Below, piece by piece: positions 8,873-21,507 of a DNA stretch of 64,000 nucleotides. A program made the position numbers and the translations under genes. How positions within the stretch are numbered: position 1 is the stretch's first letter; each line of letters begins with the position of its first letter. The notes beneath the pieces were generated by a model, which saw only the letters and a list, made by a program, of their open reading frames with translations, was not told where the DNA came from and did no database searches. This DNA comes from Thermoplasmatales archaeon. GTDB taxonomy: Archaea > Thermoplasmatota > E2 > UBA202 > JdFR-43. The DNA lies in the NCBI GenBank assembly GCA_014361245.1, contig JACIWB010000001.1, forward strand, positions 4,622 to 68,621, in the 5' to 3' direction.

Positions 8873-9658
8873 ATGGATTTAGATAATAAAATAGAAGAGA
8901 ATATGAAAAATGTGAAACATAAAATATCTATAATTAGTGGTAAGGGAGGGGTTGGAAAAACAACAGTCGCGGTAAATCTTGCTTATGCCCTTGCAATTAA
9001 AGGATACGAAACTGGTTTGTTGGATGCTGATATACATGGTCCAAATGTTGCAAAAATGCTTGGAATAGAAAATGAAAAAGTTTATGGAAGTGAGGATGGG
9101 ATGAAGCCAGTAAAAGTTATCCCTCACCTAAAAGCAATTTCTCTTGCCCTCCTTTTAGAAAAAGATGTGCCTGTTATATGGCGCGGTCCTCTCAAAATGG
9201 TAGCAATAAAACAACTTGTTGGTGAGGTAAAATGGGGTAATCTGGAGTTCCTTATAGTTGACCTCCCTCCAGGAACAGGTGATGAGTCCTTAAGTATAGC
9301 GCAGATTTTAAAGAATTGTAATGCTGTAATAGTTACAACCCCTCAGGATGTAGCACTGCTTGACAGCAGGAGGGCGGCGAACTTTGCCCGCCAGGTTGGG
9401 ATGAATATCATTGGTATTATAGAAAATATGAGCGGTTTTAAATGCCCATACTGCAGAGGGGAAATAAACTTATTTAAAATTGGAGGGGGAGAAGAGGCGG
9501 CTAAGGAATTAAATATAGATTTTTTGGGGAGGTTAAGCATAGATGAAAAAATTGTGATGGAAAGCGATGCTGGAATACCTTTTGTAAGTAAGGAAGGAGA
9601 GAGCAGAGAAATGTTCATGAAGATAGTGGATAAAATATTAGAAAAAATAGGAAAATGA
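8873..9658 (+). CDS. Mrp/NBP35/ApbC-family Fe-S cluster carrier ATPase
   Basis: ISGKGGVGKTTVAVNLA Walker A; conserved CPYC (KCPYCRGE) cluster-ligand motif; 261 aa. Confidence 0.85.
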   Translation: MDLDNKIEENMKNVKHKISIISGKGGVGKTTVAVNLAYALAIKGYETGLLDADIHGPNVAKMLGIENEKVYGSEDGMKPVKVIPHLKAISLALLLEKDVPVIWRGPLKMVAIKQLVGEVKWGNLEFLIVDLPPGTGDESLSIAQILKNCNAVIVTTPQDVALLDSRRAANFARQVGMNIIGIIENMSGFKCPYCRGEINLFKIGGGEEAAKELNIDFLGRLSIDEKIVMESDAGIPFVSKEGESREMFMKIVDKILEKIGK

Positions 9659-10485
9659 AGGAAATTGCAATAGCATCTGGAAAGGGAGGGACTGGTAAAA
9701 CAAGTATTGTATCATCTTTTGCAAAATTTGCTGAAGCTGTAATTGCTGACTGCGATGTTGATGCACCAAACCTTCATCTGATCTTTAATCCAGAAATAGA
9801 AGAAGCAATTCCTTTTGAGGGAATGAAGGTTGCTGAGATAAATGAGAGATGTATAAAATGCGGGAAATGCGAAAGAAACTGCAGGTTTAATGCAATAGAA
9901 AATTTTAAAGTTATAGAGGAAAAATGCGAGGGATGCGGAGTGTGTGTATCTGTATGTCCAGCAAATGCGGTTGAATTGAAAAGAAGAATTATTGGAGAAA
10001 TCTATGTTGCAAAAAGTAGGTTTGGACATCTTATATATGGTTTGCTCTCATCTGGAGAGGGAGGAGGAAAGCTCGTCAGCCAGATTAGACAGAAGGCAAG
10101 AGGATTTTCTCAAAAAAGAAACTTAATTTTGATTGATTCTCCAGCTGGTATAGGATGCCATGTAATAGCATCTATTACCAACGCAGATATGGTCATTATT
10201 GTAGCAGAGCCAAATCTATCATCAATTCATGATATGCACAGAATAATAGAGCTAGCAGAGCATTTTAAATCAAAAGTTTTGGTGATTATAAATAAATGGG
10301 ATATAAATGAAGAGATGACAGAAAGAATTGAAAAATATTGCAAAGAAAAAAATATTAAAATAGTTGGTAAAATTCCTTTTGATAAAAAATTTGTGGAGGC
10401 AGTTATTGCTGGTAAAAGCATAGTTGAATATGACGAAAAAATTGCAAATCTTATGAAAGAGATATGGAAAAAAATTGAAGAAGAA

Positions 10486-10503
<18 letters not shown>
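9655..10503 (+). CDS. MinD/ParA-superfamily ATPase with inserted ferredoxin domain (second paralog)
   Basis: [13 protein letters not shown]; [16 protein letters not shown] and [16 protein letters not shown]. The first ~37 nt of the conserved N-terminal region are identical to the paralog at 8066. Confidence 0.8.
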
Positions 10504-13168
<2,665 letters not shown>

Positions 13169-13198
13169 ATCTGTAATTAAATAACTTTTTAAATAATT

Positions 13199-14368
13199 TT
13201 ACATCATATTTTCTATATTTTTTTCGAGTCTTTTCAACTTTTCATCCATCACTTCAATCATATGATTTGCTGTTTCCATCAATATTTTTAAATATTCATC
13301 ACTCACATATATCTTCCCATCTTTTCCGATTGGCACATCCAGCCTCTCAGTGCTCAGCAATTCAACAACAAATCTTCCATCTAAACTTTTTATTGAAGAA
13401 TATTTAAAGCCACTATTGTTTGCTATGCTCAAAATTTTTTTAGCATTTAATATCGAAATTGTAGAAATATGAAAAATTGGAGATTGAACCAAAAACCATA
13501 TTTCTCCCTTCTTCCCCTTTTTAATCGCCTCCTCAAGCTCTTCCTCACTAATTTTGCGATGCCATTTTCCAAGAAATCTTGCATTCTTCTTTCTTCCAAA
13601 AAATGGAACTTCTATTATTGCTATTCTTCCAGAGCAACTGCTCGTAGTAAAGAAATCCTCCTTTTTATTTATCTTTTCTACAATTGGAATTACCTTTTCA
13701 TCCGCTTTTTCTTTCTCAATTGCCTCCTCAAGTGCTTTTAATGCTTTCCTTCTCGTATGAATAAATCCACTGCCTTTTTGCACAATGCTTAAAATATCCT
13801 TGAACTCTCCTCTCCTTATTGCCATCGTTCCAAAAAATCCAACAATTATTCCAGCAACTAAATCAGCGATTAAATCGCCCATTGTATTGTCCAGACTTAC
13901 CTGCGAAGCGGGATAGCCAAAAAAAATTTTATCATAAAAAAACTCAGCAATTTCCCACAGCCCGCCTATGGCAATGCTGAAAATAACAACAAAAAATATC
14001 ATTGCGGAAAAATCCATATATACACGAGGCGAAAAAACAGTCAGGATGTATACCAAAATCAAGGCAAAGAAAGAAATTATGGCTGAAACAATGAAATGAG
14101 CAAATTTATCATAGAAAGGAAGAGAATAAAGTCCAAGCGCTCCCCCCCATATATGCAATGAAACTGAAAAAACAATAAGAAATTCAAATATCCATGGAAG
14201 CGATATCTTCAAATTTCTCTTTATTATGGTTGGCAGAAGAGATAAAAATAAACCGAAGAAGCATGCAAGGGATTGAATAAAGTAGCCCTTATATATGCTG
14301 TAAATTCCTATCATAAATATTATAGCTTCCAGAACTCTTGATATCAAAAGTTCAATTTTAAGTTCCAT
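13199..14368 (-). CDS. Fusion protein: N-terminal polytopic membrane domain + C-terminal TYW3-like (tRNA wybutosine-synthesising methyltransferase Taw3) domain
   Basis: Residues 1-190 have 5-6 TM helices (IWGGALGLYSLPFYDKFAHF, DUF2238/YjdF-like pattern). Residues ~230-389 contain FFTTSSCSGRIAIIE...WFLVQSPIFHIS, resembling the TYW3 SCSGR motif. Single uninterrupted ORF of 389 aa. Confidence 0.5.
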   Translation of the reverse strand: MELKIELLISRVLEAIIFMIGIYSIYKGYFIQSLACFFGLFLSLLPTIIKRNLKISLPWIFEFLIVFSVSLHIWGGALGLYSLPFYDKFAHFIVSAIISFFALILVYILTVFSPRVYMDFSAMIFFVVIFSIAIGGLWEIAEFFYDKIFFGYPASQVSLDNTMGDLIADLVAGIIVGFFGTMAIRRGEFKDILSIVQKGSGFIHTRRKALKALEEAIEKEKADEKVIPIVEKINKKEDFFTTSSCSGRIAIIEVPFFGRKKNARFLGKWHRKISEEELEEAIKKGKKGEIWFLVQSPIFHISTISILNAKKILSIANNSGFKYSSIKSLDGRFVVELLSTERLDVPIGKDGKIYVSDEYLKILMETANHMIEVMDEKLKRLEKNIENMM

Positions 14369-14403
14369 AACAGGAATAATAAAAAGATATAAACATATTT
14401 TTC

Positions 14404-15297
14404 TTAATCTCCTCTACCTATTTCGATCATTCTCTCAAGCGGCTTTCTCGCATTTTCAATTATTTCATCGGGCAATTTTATTTCATGCTCCATCCTTTCC
14501 ATGCTTTTTATAACCTTTTCCAAAGTTATTTTCTTCATATTCGGACATATTGCTTTTTCTATATAATAAAAATTCTTTTCAGGCATCTCTTTTTTCATTC
14601 TATAGCATAACTCCTTTTCCGTTCCAATTATAAATTCTTTTGATTTGGAATCTTTTGCATATTTTATCATTCCTTCTGTAGAGGCAACTTTATCCGCAAT
14701 ATCAATGACATCCTCACTGCATTCGGGATGAACAATTATCTCCGCCATCGGATGCTCCTTCTTTATTTTCAATATATCCTCTTTTTTAATCCGAACATGC
14801 GTCGGGCAGAAGCCAGGCCATAGATATATATCCTTATCCTTAACAAATCTTTTTACATATTTTCCCAGATTTTCATCTGGTGTAAATATTACTCCATTTC
14901 TCATTCTATTTACAACTTTTACCGCATTTGAGGATGTGCAACATACATCGCTTATTGCCTTAACTTCAGCTGGAGTATTTACATAAGAAACAATTTCATA
15001 CCCATATTCTTTCTTTTTCTTTAATAAAGATTCTGCATCAACCATTTTTGCCATCGGACAAATTGCCTGCTTATCTGGATGAATAACAACTTTTTCTGGA
15101 TTGAGTATTTTTGCTGTCTCAGCCATGAAATCAACACCACAAAAAATTATTACATCCACATCTGTCTTCTTTGCCTTCATTGCAAGAGAAAAAGAATCAC
15201 CAACAAAATCGGCGATATCCTGTATTTCTGGAAGTTGATAATTATGGGCAAGTATAACTGCATTTCTTTTTTCTTTCAATTTTTCTAATTTTTCCAC
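14404..15297 (-). CDS. nadA: Quinolinate synthase A
   Basis: 297 aa; NadA-family sequence with conserved Cys ligands (FCGVDFMAE, FCPTH, ICPNMKK). Confidence 0.85.
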   Translation of the reverse strand: MEKLEKLKEKRNAVILAHNYQLPEIQDIADFVGDSFSLAMKAKKTDVDVIIFCGVDFMAETAKILNPEKVVIHPDKQAICPMAKMVDAESLLKKKKEYGYEIVSYVNTPAEVKAISDVCCTSSNAVKVVNRMRNGVIFTPDENLGKYVKRFVKDKDIYLWPGFCPTHVRIKKEDILKIKKEHPMAEIIVHPECSEDVIDIADKVASTEGMIKYAKDSKSKEFIIGTEKELCYRMKKEMPEKNFYYIEKAICPNMKKITLEKVIKSMERMEHEIKLPDEIIENARKPLERMIEIGRGD

Positions 15298-15397
15298 GAT
15301 GTTATATGAAAATGGTATAAATGTTTTTTTAGTTTTAACATTGCTTTAATTTTCAAAAATTTAAAAATGTTTAAATATTTTTCTGGAATTTGCTTTT

Positions 15398-15625
15398 ATG
15401 AGCTTAAAAGGAGAAGTACTTAAGGCAATGACGGCGCTCATAACCGCCGCATTCGGACTTGTGGCTGCTCTTGCGTGGAACGGGGCAATTCTTGCAATCT
15501 TCAAAGCAATATTTGGGGAGCAGGAATCTATTCCAGCGATGCTCGCATATGCAATAATAGTTACAATTATAGCAGTTATAGCAACAATAATGATAGCAAG
15601 GGCTGCAGCAAAAGTAAAGGAATAA
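15398..15625 (+). CDS. Small hydrophobic membrane protein (DUF5654-like)
   Basis: 75 aa; LITAAFGLVAALAWNGAILAIFKAIFG then a second TM helix. Locally GC-richer than the flanks. The overlapping antisense ORF 15361..15654 is judged spurious. Confidence 0.4.
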   Translation: MSLKGEVLKAMTALITAAFGLVAALAWNGAILAIFKAIFGEQESIPAMLAYAIIVTIIAVIATIMIARAAAKVKE

Positions 15626-15692
15626 AAAATTTTAATTAACCAAAAAGCTAACATAAAAGAAAGGAATTAATAGAGATTAGTATTTAATATTT

Positions 15693-16904
15693 ATGAAAAG
15701 GAAATTTTTAGCAATTGGCATAGCAATTTTTATATCTGCAATATTAGCAACTGGAAGTATATTATTTCTTTATCCTTATGAGCCGAAGCAGCCCCCAAGA
15801 GCAGATGATAGCAGTTCAACACCCGAAGGTTTGAAAGAGGTGGCAAATGCAAACAACCAATTTGCATTGAAACTCTATTATGAACTTGCTAAGAATGAAG
15901 GAAACATTTTTTATTCCCCCTATAGCATTCTATCCGCTCTTTTGATAACATATGAAGGAGCAAAAAATGATACAGCTGAAGAAATGAGAGATGTGCTTGC
16001 TCTTCCAGATGAAGAAATAATCAGACCAAATTTTGCTTTACTTTATAATAAAATTAATGAAAATGATTATACTAGAACTGGAAATGCTTTATGGGTGCAA
16101 AAAGATTTTTTATTGTTTGAAGAATATAAAAGGAATGTTGAAAGATATTATGGTGGAAAAGCATCAAATTTAGATTTTTCTGATGAAAAATCAATGGAAA
16201 TAATAAATCGTTTTATAGAAGAACAAACAAATGGCAAAATAAAAGATTTTATTAAAGAAATTGACCCAACTACAAGATTAATTATTACAAATGCAATCTA
16301 TTTTAAGGGAATATGGAAATATGAATTTAATAAATCATTCACATATGAAGAAGATTTCAAAATAAATCAAACAAATATTGTAAAAGTCCAGATGATGTGC
16401 TTGAAGCCAGATAAATTCTTTAAATATGCTGAAACAGATGATTTGCAAATTCTGGAATTGCCTTATAAAGGAGAGAAATTTTCCATGCTAATATTTTTGC
16501 CAAAAAAAGAAAGCCTGGATTTAAACAATCTCGAAGAGTGGAAAAGCATGATGAAAGAAACAATGATAGATGAAATTCACCTTCCAAAATTTGAAATTGA
16601 AACATCATACACATTAAATGAAAATCTAAAATCTTTAGGAATAATATCTGCTTTCCAGCCAGGAAAAGCGGATTTTTCAGGTATAACAAGCGAAAAAATT
16701 TGGATTGGAGCCGTAATTCATAAGGCATACATCAGTGTTGATGAGGAAGGAAGCGAGGCAGCCGCTGCAAGCGCTGTTATCATGCCCACTTCAGCGCCAT
16801 CAAAAATTATTTTTAAAGCCGACCATCCATTTATATTCATAATACAAGAAAGGGATACTGGAAGTATTTTATTTTTGGGCAAGATTGTTAATCCAACTAA
16901 ATAA
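15693..16904 (+). CDS. Serpin (serine protease inhibitor), secreted/membrane-anchored
   Basis: N-terminal signal/anchor; C-terminal hinge and reactive-centre loop EEGSEAAAASAVIM and serpin signature FIFIIQERDTGSILFLGKIVNP; 403 aa. Confidence 0.85.
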   Translation: MKRKFLAIGIAIFISAILATGSILFLYPYEPKQPPRADDSSSTPEGLKEVANANNQFALKLYYELAKNEGNIFYSPYSILSALLITYEGAKNDTAEEMRDVLALPDEEIIRPNFALLYNKINENDYTRTGNALWVQKDFLLFEEYKRNVERYYGGKASNLDFSDEKSMEIINRFIEEQTNGKIKDFIKEIDPTTRLIITNAIYFKGIWKYEFNKSFTYEEDFKINQTNIVKVQMMCLKPDKFFKYAETDDLQILELPYKGEKFSMLIFLPKKESLDLNNLEEWKSMMKETMIDEIHLPKFEIETSYTLNENLKSLGIISAFQPGKADFSGITSEKIWIGAVIHKAYISVDEEGSEAAAASAVIMPTSAPSKIIFKADHPFIFIIQERDTGSILFLGKIVNPTK

Positions 16905-16934
16905 ATATTTATACCAGAATATACTTTTTAATAA

Positions 16935-17702
16935 ATGAAATTAGGGATAATAGGTTGCGGGGCAATAGGAACCGATGTTGCAAGAGCGGCAGATGTAATG
17001 GAGGAAATTGAGGAAATTTATCTTTATGACATAGTAGAAGAGAAGGCAAAAAAGCTTGCAAAAGAGCTTAAAAAAGCAAAATTTGAGAAAGTAGAAAAAT
17101 TTTTGGAAAAAGTTGATGTAATTTTTGAAGCGGCATCCCAGCAGGCGGTTTATGATTATGCAGAAAAAATAGTAAGTGAAGGAAAGGACCTTGTAATAAT
17201 GACAATAGGAGCTCTTTTTGATGATGAATTTAGGGAAAGATTGATTAAAAAAGCAAAAGAAGGTGGGGCTAAAATATATCTTCCATCTGGAGCGGTGGCT
17301 GGCTTGGATGCAATAAAGGCTGCAAGCATAGGAGAGCTTGATGAAGTTACCCTTGTAACAACAAAAGCACCTGAAGCATTTGGAAAACATTTTGATAAGA
17401 GGACGATACTCTATGAGGGAAATGCAAGGGAGGCAATAAAACACTTCCCGAAAAATATAAATGTTGCGGCATGCCTGTCTTTGGCGGGAATTGGCTTTGA
17501 TAATACAAAGGTTAAAATCGTGGCTGACCCAGTTATAAAATACAACAGCCACAAGATATTAGCTCATGGAAAATTTGGAAGGCTTAGAGCAGAAGTAGAA
17601 AACTTGCCAAATCCAAAAAATCCGAGCACAAGCTATCTTGCCTCACTTTCAGCAATTGCAGTGCTTAAAAAGCTTGTAAATCCCTTGCAGATAGGAATAT
17701 GA
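16935..17702 (+). CDS. nadX: L-aspartate dehydrogenase
   Basis: MKLGIIGCGAIGTDVA Rossmann N-terminus; 255 aa; NadX-family body. Lies 1.6 kb from nadA. Confidence 0.75.
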   Translation: MKLGIIGCGAIGTDVARAADVMEEIEEIYLYDIVEEKAKKLAKELKKAKFEKVEKFLEKVDVIFEAASQQAVYDYAEKIVSEGKDLVIMTIGALFDDEFRERLIKKAKEGGAKIYLPSGAVAGLDAIKAASIGELDEVTLVTTKAPEAFGKHFDKRTILYEGNAREAIKHFPKNINVAACLSLAGIGFDNTKVKIVADPVIKYNSHKILAHGKFGRLRAEVENLPNPKNPSTSYLASLSAIAVLKKLVNPLQIGI

Positions 17703-18274
17703 AAAAATTATTGCTTTGCACGGCAATTATTCTTCTCGTTTCAGGAGCTTACCTATGCTATAATAAAACAAAAAAATTGAATGAAATGGTTTGCCAGGGT
17801 TGCATTGCAATAGTTTCAAAATCACAAAAATTTGGGGAATTCTGGATTGAATATCCGCATAACTATGGAATGAATGGTATACCAACTCATCCTGAATGGG
17901 CTATAAACTTCTCAAAAAATAATATTTTGATGATTTTTTTCTATGGACCCGCATGCGAGCCGTGCAAGCAGCAATGGGAGGAAATGAAGAATGAGGGCAT
18001 GGTTGAAGGGAGTGAAGAAGATGGAAAATTTTCTCAAAATTTTAGCTACGCCATACTTGTTACAATAGACATATCAAAGGATGCAGAAAATACAATAGGA
18101 ATTTATAATTCAAAAAGCTCTGTTCCTACAACAGTGATTATGTTTGAAAAAAACGAAAAAATTTACTGGTATGCCTTCTCAGGCCCGCCAGACGGAAAAG
18201 GAGGAAGACCCTCAATAGACGAACTGAAAAACATATTGGAAAAAGCGAAGGGTGAGAAATGGCCTGCAATTTGA
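17699..18274 (+). CDS. Membrane-anchored extracytoplasmic thioredoxin-like protein (TlpA/ResA-like)
   Basis: N-terminal signal anchor; FFYGPACEPCKQQWEEM (Trx W/YCxxC active-site context); cis-Pro region VPTTVIMF; additional CQGC. Confidence 0.6.
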   Translation: MKKLLLCTAIILLVSGAYLCYNKTKKLNEMVCQGCIAIVSKSQKFGEFWIEYPHNYGMNGIPTHPEWAINFSKNNILMIFFYGPACEPCKQQWEEMKNEGMVEGSEEDGKFSQNFSYAILVTIDISKDAENTIGIYNSKSSVPTTVIMFEKNEKIYWYAFSGPPDGKGGRPSIDELKNILEKAKGEKWPAI

Positions 18275-19110
18275 ATTGCCCCGCCTGCCCGCTTGCCTAT
18301 GCCTGCATACCTCTTGCAATTGCATCATTTTTTGCACTAAAAAAAGCGGGATTGCAGAAAAAAAGGATTGTTTCACAGCTTTCCTTTCTTTTAATAAGCA
18401 ATTTTTCCTTCATCTTTGGGGCAACTGGCTTAATTTATTCCTATTTTTATTGCTGGGAAAGTCCTCTGGCAATTGCTGCGTGTCCAATCGGAGTGCTTGA
18501 ACATGCATTTGCTGACAGAACTTTTTATCTTTTGATTTATTTAGGTGGTACGATTTTTACAGTTAGCATGATTTTTGGAAGGGCTGCATGTGGGTGGGCA
18601 TGCCCTATTGGTTTTTTGCAGGATTTAATTAAGGGTAGGAAAATAAAAAAGAAAGACAACAAATTCAGATATGCTAAATATTTTATTCTTATTGCAATTC
18701 CTTTCGCATGCTTTTTTACTGGAAAATTGGCTTACACGGATATTTGCCCTATAGGAGGACTAACTGGAACACTGCCTTATTTACTGATTAATCCAACAGG
18801 TTACACATTCACTGTTTTTTTCTATCCAAAGATGATTTTTGTTGCAGGATTCTTTATTTTGATAATTCTTGTAGCAAGGGGGTGGTGCCGGTATCTATGC
18901 CCTGTTGGGGCGATGATGGCTTGCTTTAACAGGATAAGTTTTTTGCAGATAAAGTATAGTGAAGAAAAATGTATAAAATGCTTTAAATGCTCTAAAATAT
19001 GTCCGATGCAGATAGAAATGCCATATGAAAATAAAAGCAATGAATGTATAAGATGTGGAAAATGTATTGATGCTTGTCCAACAAATGCTATTGAATTTAA
19101 ATGGCAATAA
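18259..19110 (+). CDS. NapH/MauN-like polytopic membrane iron-sulfur protein (2x CxxxCP + 2x [4Fe-4S] ferredoxin motifs)
   Basis: CGWACPIG and CRYLCPVG (CxxxCP), plus CIKCFKCSKICPMQI and CIRCGKCIDACPTNAI; several TM helices; 16-nt overlap with the upstream Trx gene. Confidence 0.7.
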   Translation: MACNLNCPACPLAYACIPLAIASFFALKKAGLQKKRIVSQLSFLLISNFSFIFGATGLIYSYFYCWESPLAIAACPIGVLEHAFADRTFYLLIYLGGTIFTVSMIFGRAACGWACPIGFLQDLIKGRKIKKKDNKFRYAKYFILIAIPFACFFTGKLAYTDICPIGGLTGTLPYLLINPTGYTFTVFFYPKMIFVAGFFILIILVARGWCRYLCPVGAMMACFNRISFLQIKYSEEKCIKCFKCSKICPMQIEMPYENKSNECIRCGKCIDACPTNAIEFKWQ

Positions 19111-19532
19111 GAAAATTTGAATATAAGGACATAGATGCAGTTTTGAGGATTGCTAATGAATCCTTTCCAGAAAAATATTCATCTGAATTCTTACTTTATT
19201 TATGGACTTCCTATCCAGATGGGTTTTTAGTCGCTGAAAAAAACCATGAAATTGCTGGCTTTATAATCAGTGTAAAAATTTCTAAAACAGATTTAAGAGT
19301 TCTAATGCTCGCGGTAAGTAAAAAATATAGGAGGCAGAGCATAGGAAGCTCTCTTTTAAGAGAACTTATTATAAGATTTCCAGAAGTAAGAAGGATTTTT
19401 CTTGAAGTAAGAACAGATAATGGAGAAGCAATAAAATTTTATCAGAAAAATGGCTTTAAAATAAGAGAAAAAATAAACGATTTTTATACTGATGGCTCGC
19501 CTGCATATGTTATGGAGAAAACTATTTTTTGA
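19101..19532 (+). CDS. GNAT-family N-acetyltransferase (RimI-like)
   Basis: 143 aa; VSKKYRRQSIGSSLLRELI (acetyl-CoA-binding motif A: R/Q-x-x-G-x-G/A); ...FLEVRTDNGEAIKFYQKNGF. Confidence 0.7.
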   Translation: MAIRKFEYKDIDAVLRIANESFPEKYSSEFLLYLWTSYPDGFLVAEKNHEIAGFIISVKISKTDLRVLMLAVSKKYRRQSIGSSLLRELIIRFPEVRRIFLEVRTDNGEAIKFYQKNGFKIREKINDFYTDGSPAYVMEKTIF

Positions 19533-19568
19533 AATAAAATTATAGGATAAAGGGAAGCAATTCAGATT

Positions 19569-21497
19569 TTATTTCTTCTTTTTTCTTATTAAAAAAATAA
19601 GGAATGAAAATAGTAAAATAAGGAAGGAGAAGGATGGTGTTTCATTTCTTCTTTCTATTTCCTTTTCAGTTGAAAATGAAAGAGAAAAATCATCATTTAA
19701 ATTCAATCCTCTTAAATCTTTAGCATTTTTTGATATATTTACAAAATATTTTTTTCCTTTCTCAAAATCAATTTTCAAAATTAATTTATCTTCATTCCAT
19801 TCAAAAACAGTTTCAGCAGGGGGATAAATAAATAAATTTTCCTCTACAGAACTTTTATTCATTTTACTTGAGAATTTTATTTCAATTCTTTCATTTATTG
19901 ATATATTTTCCTCTCCATCAAAAATATTTGTAGATAATATCGATGGATTTGTTATTGAAAAAGAAAAGAAAAAATTATCTTTTAATGGATTTCCATTTTT
20001 ATCTTCCATATAATCTGTTACTGTGACATTATATTTCCCCGCAGAGTAATATTTTGGATAAATTAAAAGCAATGAATCATTTTCTTCCCATTCATAACTA
20101 AAACTGATGAATGGCTTTATTTTTATTGCATTATGAAGAATAGGATACATTGGCTCCGAGAATTTAATTTTTATAAATTCATATAACTCGCTATTAAATG
20201 GCTCGGCATAGCTCACTTCCGGAGGAATGTTATCTGGAGAGGATGTAAAAAATGAAAAATAAAATTCTTCCATTTTTTGCCCGCTGATGCGGGATGCATT
20301 ACTTATTTTTATAGTATAAAGAGTATTATATTCCATATAAGGCTCCAAAATCAATTCTTTTTCATTCTTCCATTCCAGGAAATAGCTTGCATTTGGAGAT
20401 ATTTCTATTTCAATGCTTTTATTCATCTCATGGGAGAATTTTATTATAATAGAAGCATGCACCGGAACATTCTCGGATTTATTTTCGGGATAATGATAAA
20501 CAACTTTTGGGGAAGAGGTATCTACTATAAACTTATATGATATTTCACTTATCTGCCCGATGCTATCTTTTGCTCTTAAAAAAAATTCATATTCTCCATC
20601 ACTTAAGTTATAATCTGCTTTTCTGTTTTTATCCCAGTTGCTCCATTCTTCATTGCTCATCCTGTATGAATAAAGAATTTCACCCTCATCTTCTCCACTC
20701 CATTCAAAGGTTACATTCCCATAGCCCTCAACATCTCTTGGTTTCCTTGTAAAATATATATATGGCGGGGCATCTTCCGCCGGCGGGCTCGCAATGCATG
20801 CATCCACAAAATTTGCCAAAAAGGCATGCGTATCAGATGGAGGGTCTGAATATCTCATTTCCGATTGATTTCTGAAAACGACTGCTATTGCCATTACATT
20901 TTCCTTGTTTGTTGCTTCATTAAAGACTGCATCTATTCTCATTTTTTCATTTTTTTCAATATTTATTTCTCTTTTTATTGCATATCCGAGCAGTGCAAAA
21001 TGAAATGGATTTCCTCTCGCATCCTTCCATCTCGAAGTTGGTTCAACAACATAAACTTTTAAGTAGCCACTATAATTTTTACTTTCTCTATTCTCTATTT
21101 CAACTGATATGTTAAGCCCTTCATTTCTCCATATAACCCTCATTGAAAGATTTATGTTTGCTCTGCTCCTTGCAAGAGAACTTTCAATCGCTTTTATATA
21201 ATCCGATTTACTTTTCTTTCCAAATAAAACTTCATATCCACCATCAAAAAAAGCCGTTGGATAACCATACACATTGTATTCATTAACTCTTTCATTTGCA
21301 TCGCTGCTTTTATCAGCAACAAGAGAAACAAAATAGAATGGATATTGATGCGAGCTATAAATTTCATAAATAATTTCGCTCACATCAGGGCAGGCGGTGC
21401 ATGTTGTAGTTGTTGCTTCCTCACAAAATACATTTGCATTTGCCTTCAAAACGAAAAATAATAGTATGAAAGATAGGATTGCAAGATATTTTTTCAT
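19569..21497 (-). CDS. Large secreted surface protein: thioredoxin-fold CxxC module + Ig-like domains + C-terminal TM/KKKK anchor (PGF-CTERM-like variant)
   Basis: Signal peptide; CTAC...YPFYFVSLVADKSS...YNVYGYPTAFFDGG, paralogous to the Trx-like module of 22580..23995; C-terminus ETPSFSFLILLFSFLIFLIRKKKK. Confidence 0.55.
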   Translation of the reverse strand: MKKYLAILSFILLFFVLKANANVFCEEATTTTCTACPDVSEIIYEIYSSHQYPFYFVSLVADKSSDANERVNEYNVYGYPTAFFDGGYEVLFGKKSKSDYIKAIESSLARSRANINLSMRVIWRNEGLNISVEIENRESKNYSGYLKVYVVEPTSRWKDARGNPFHFALLGYAIKREINIEKNEKMRIDAVFNEATNKENVMAIAVVFRNQSEMRYSDPPSDTHAFLANFVDACIASPPAEDAPPYIYFTRKPRDVEGYGNVTFEWSGEDEGEILYSYRMSNEEWSNWDKNRKADYNLSDGEYEFFLRAKDSIGQISEISYKFIVDTSSPKVVYHYPENKSENVPVHASIIIKFSHEMNKSIEIEISPNASYFLEWKNEKELILEPYMEYNTLYTIKISNASRISGQKMEEFYFSFFTSSPDNIPPEVSYAEPFNSELYEFIKIKFSEPMYPILHNAIKIKPFISFSYEWEENDSLLLIYPKYYSAGKYNVTVTDYMEDKNGNPLKDNFFFSFSITNPSILSTNIFDGEENISINERIEIKFSSKMNKSSVEENLFIYPPAETVFEWNEDKLILKIDFEKGKKYFVNISKNAKDLRGLNLNDDFSLSFSTEKEIERRNETPSFSFLILLFSFLIFLIRKKKK

Positions 21498-21507
21498 GTT
21501 AATGAAT

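Noticed and set aside
15361-15654. 97-aa minus-strand ORF overlapping the small membrane protein gene
   Set aside because: The + strand 75-aa ORF gives a coherent two-helix membrane protein; the minus-frame is its mirror hydrophobic artefact. Only one is likely real; the + strand one is kept with low confidence.
16941-17552. 203-aa minus-strand ORF antisense to nadX
   Set aside because: Overlaps an entire well-supported gene; Cys/Phe/Tyr-rich composition characteristic of antisense frames.
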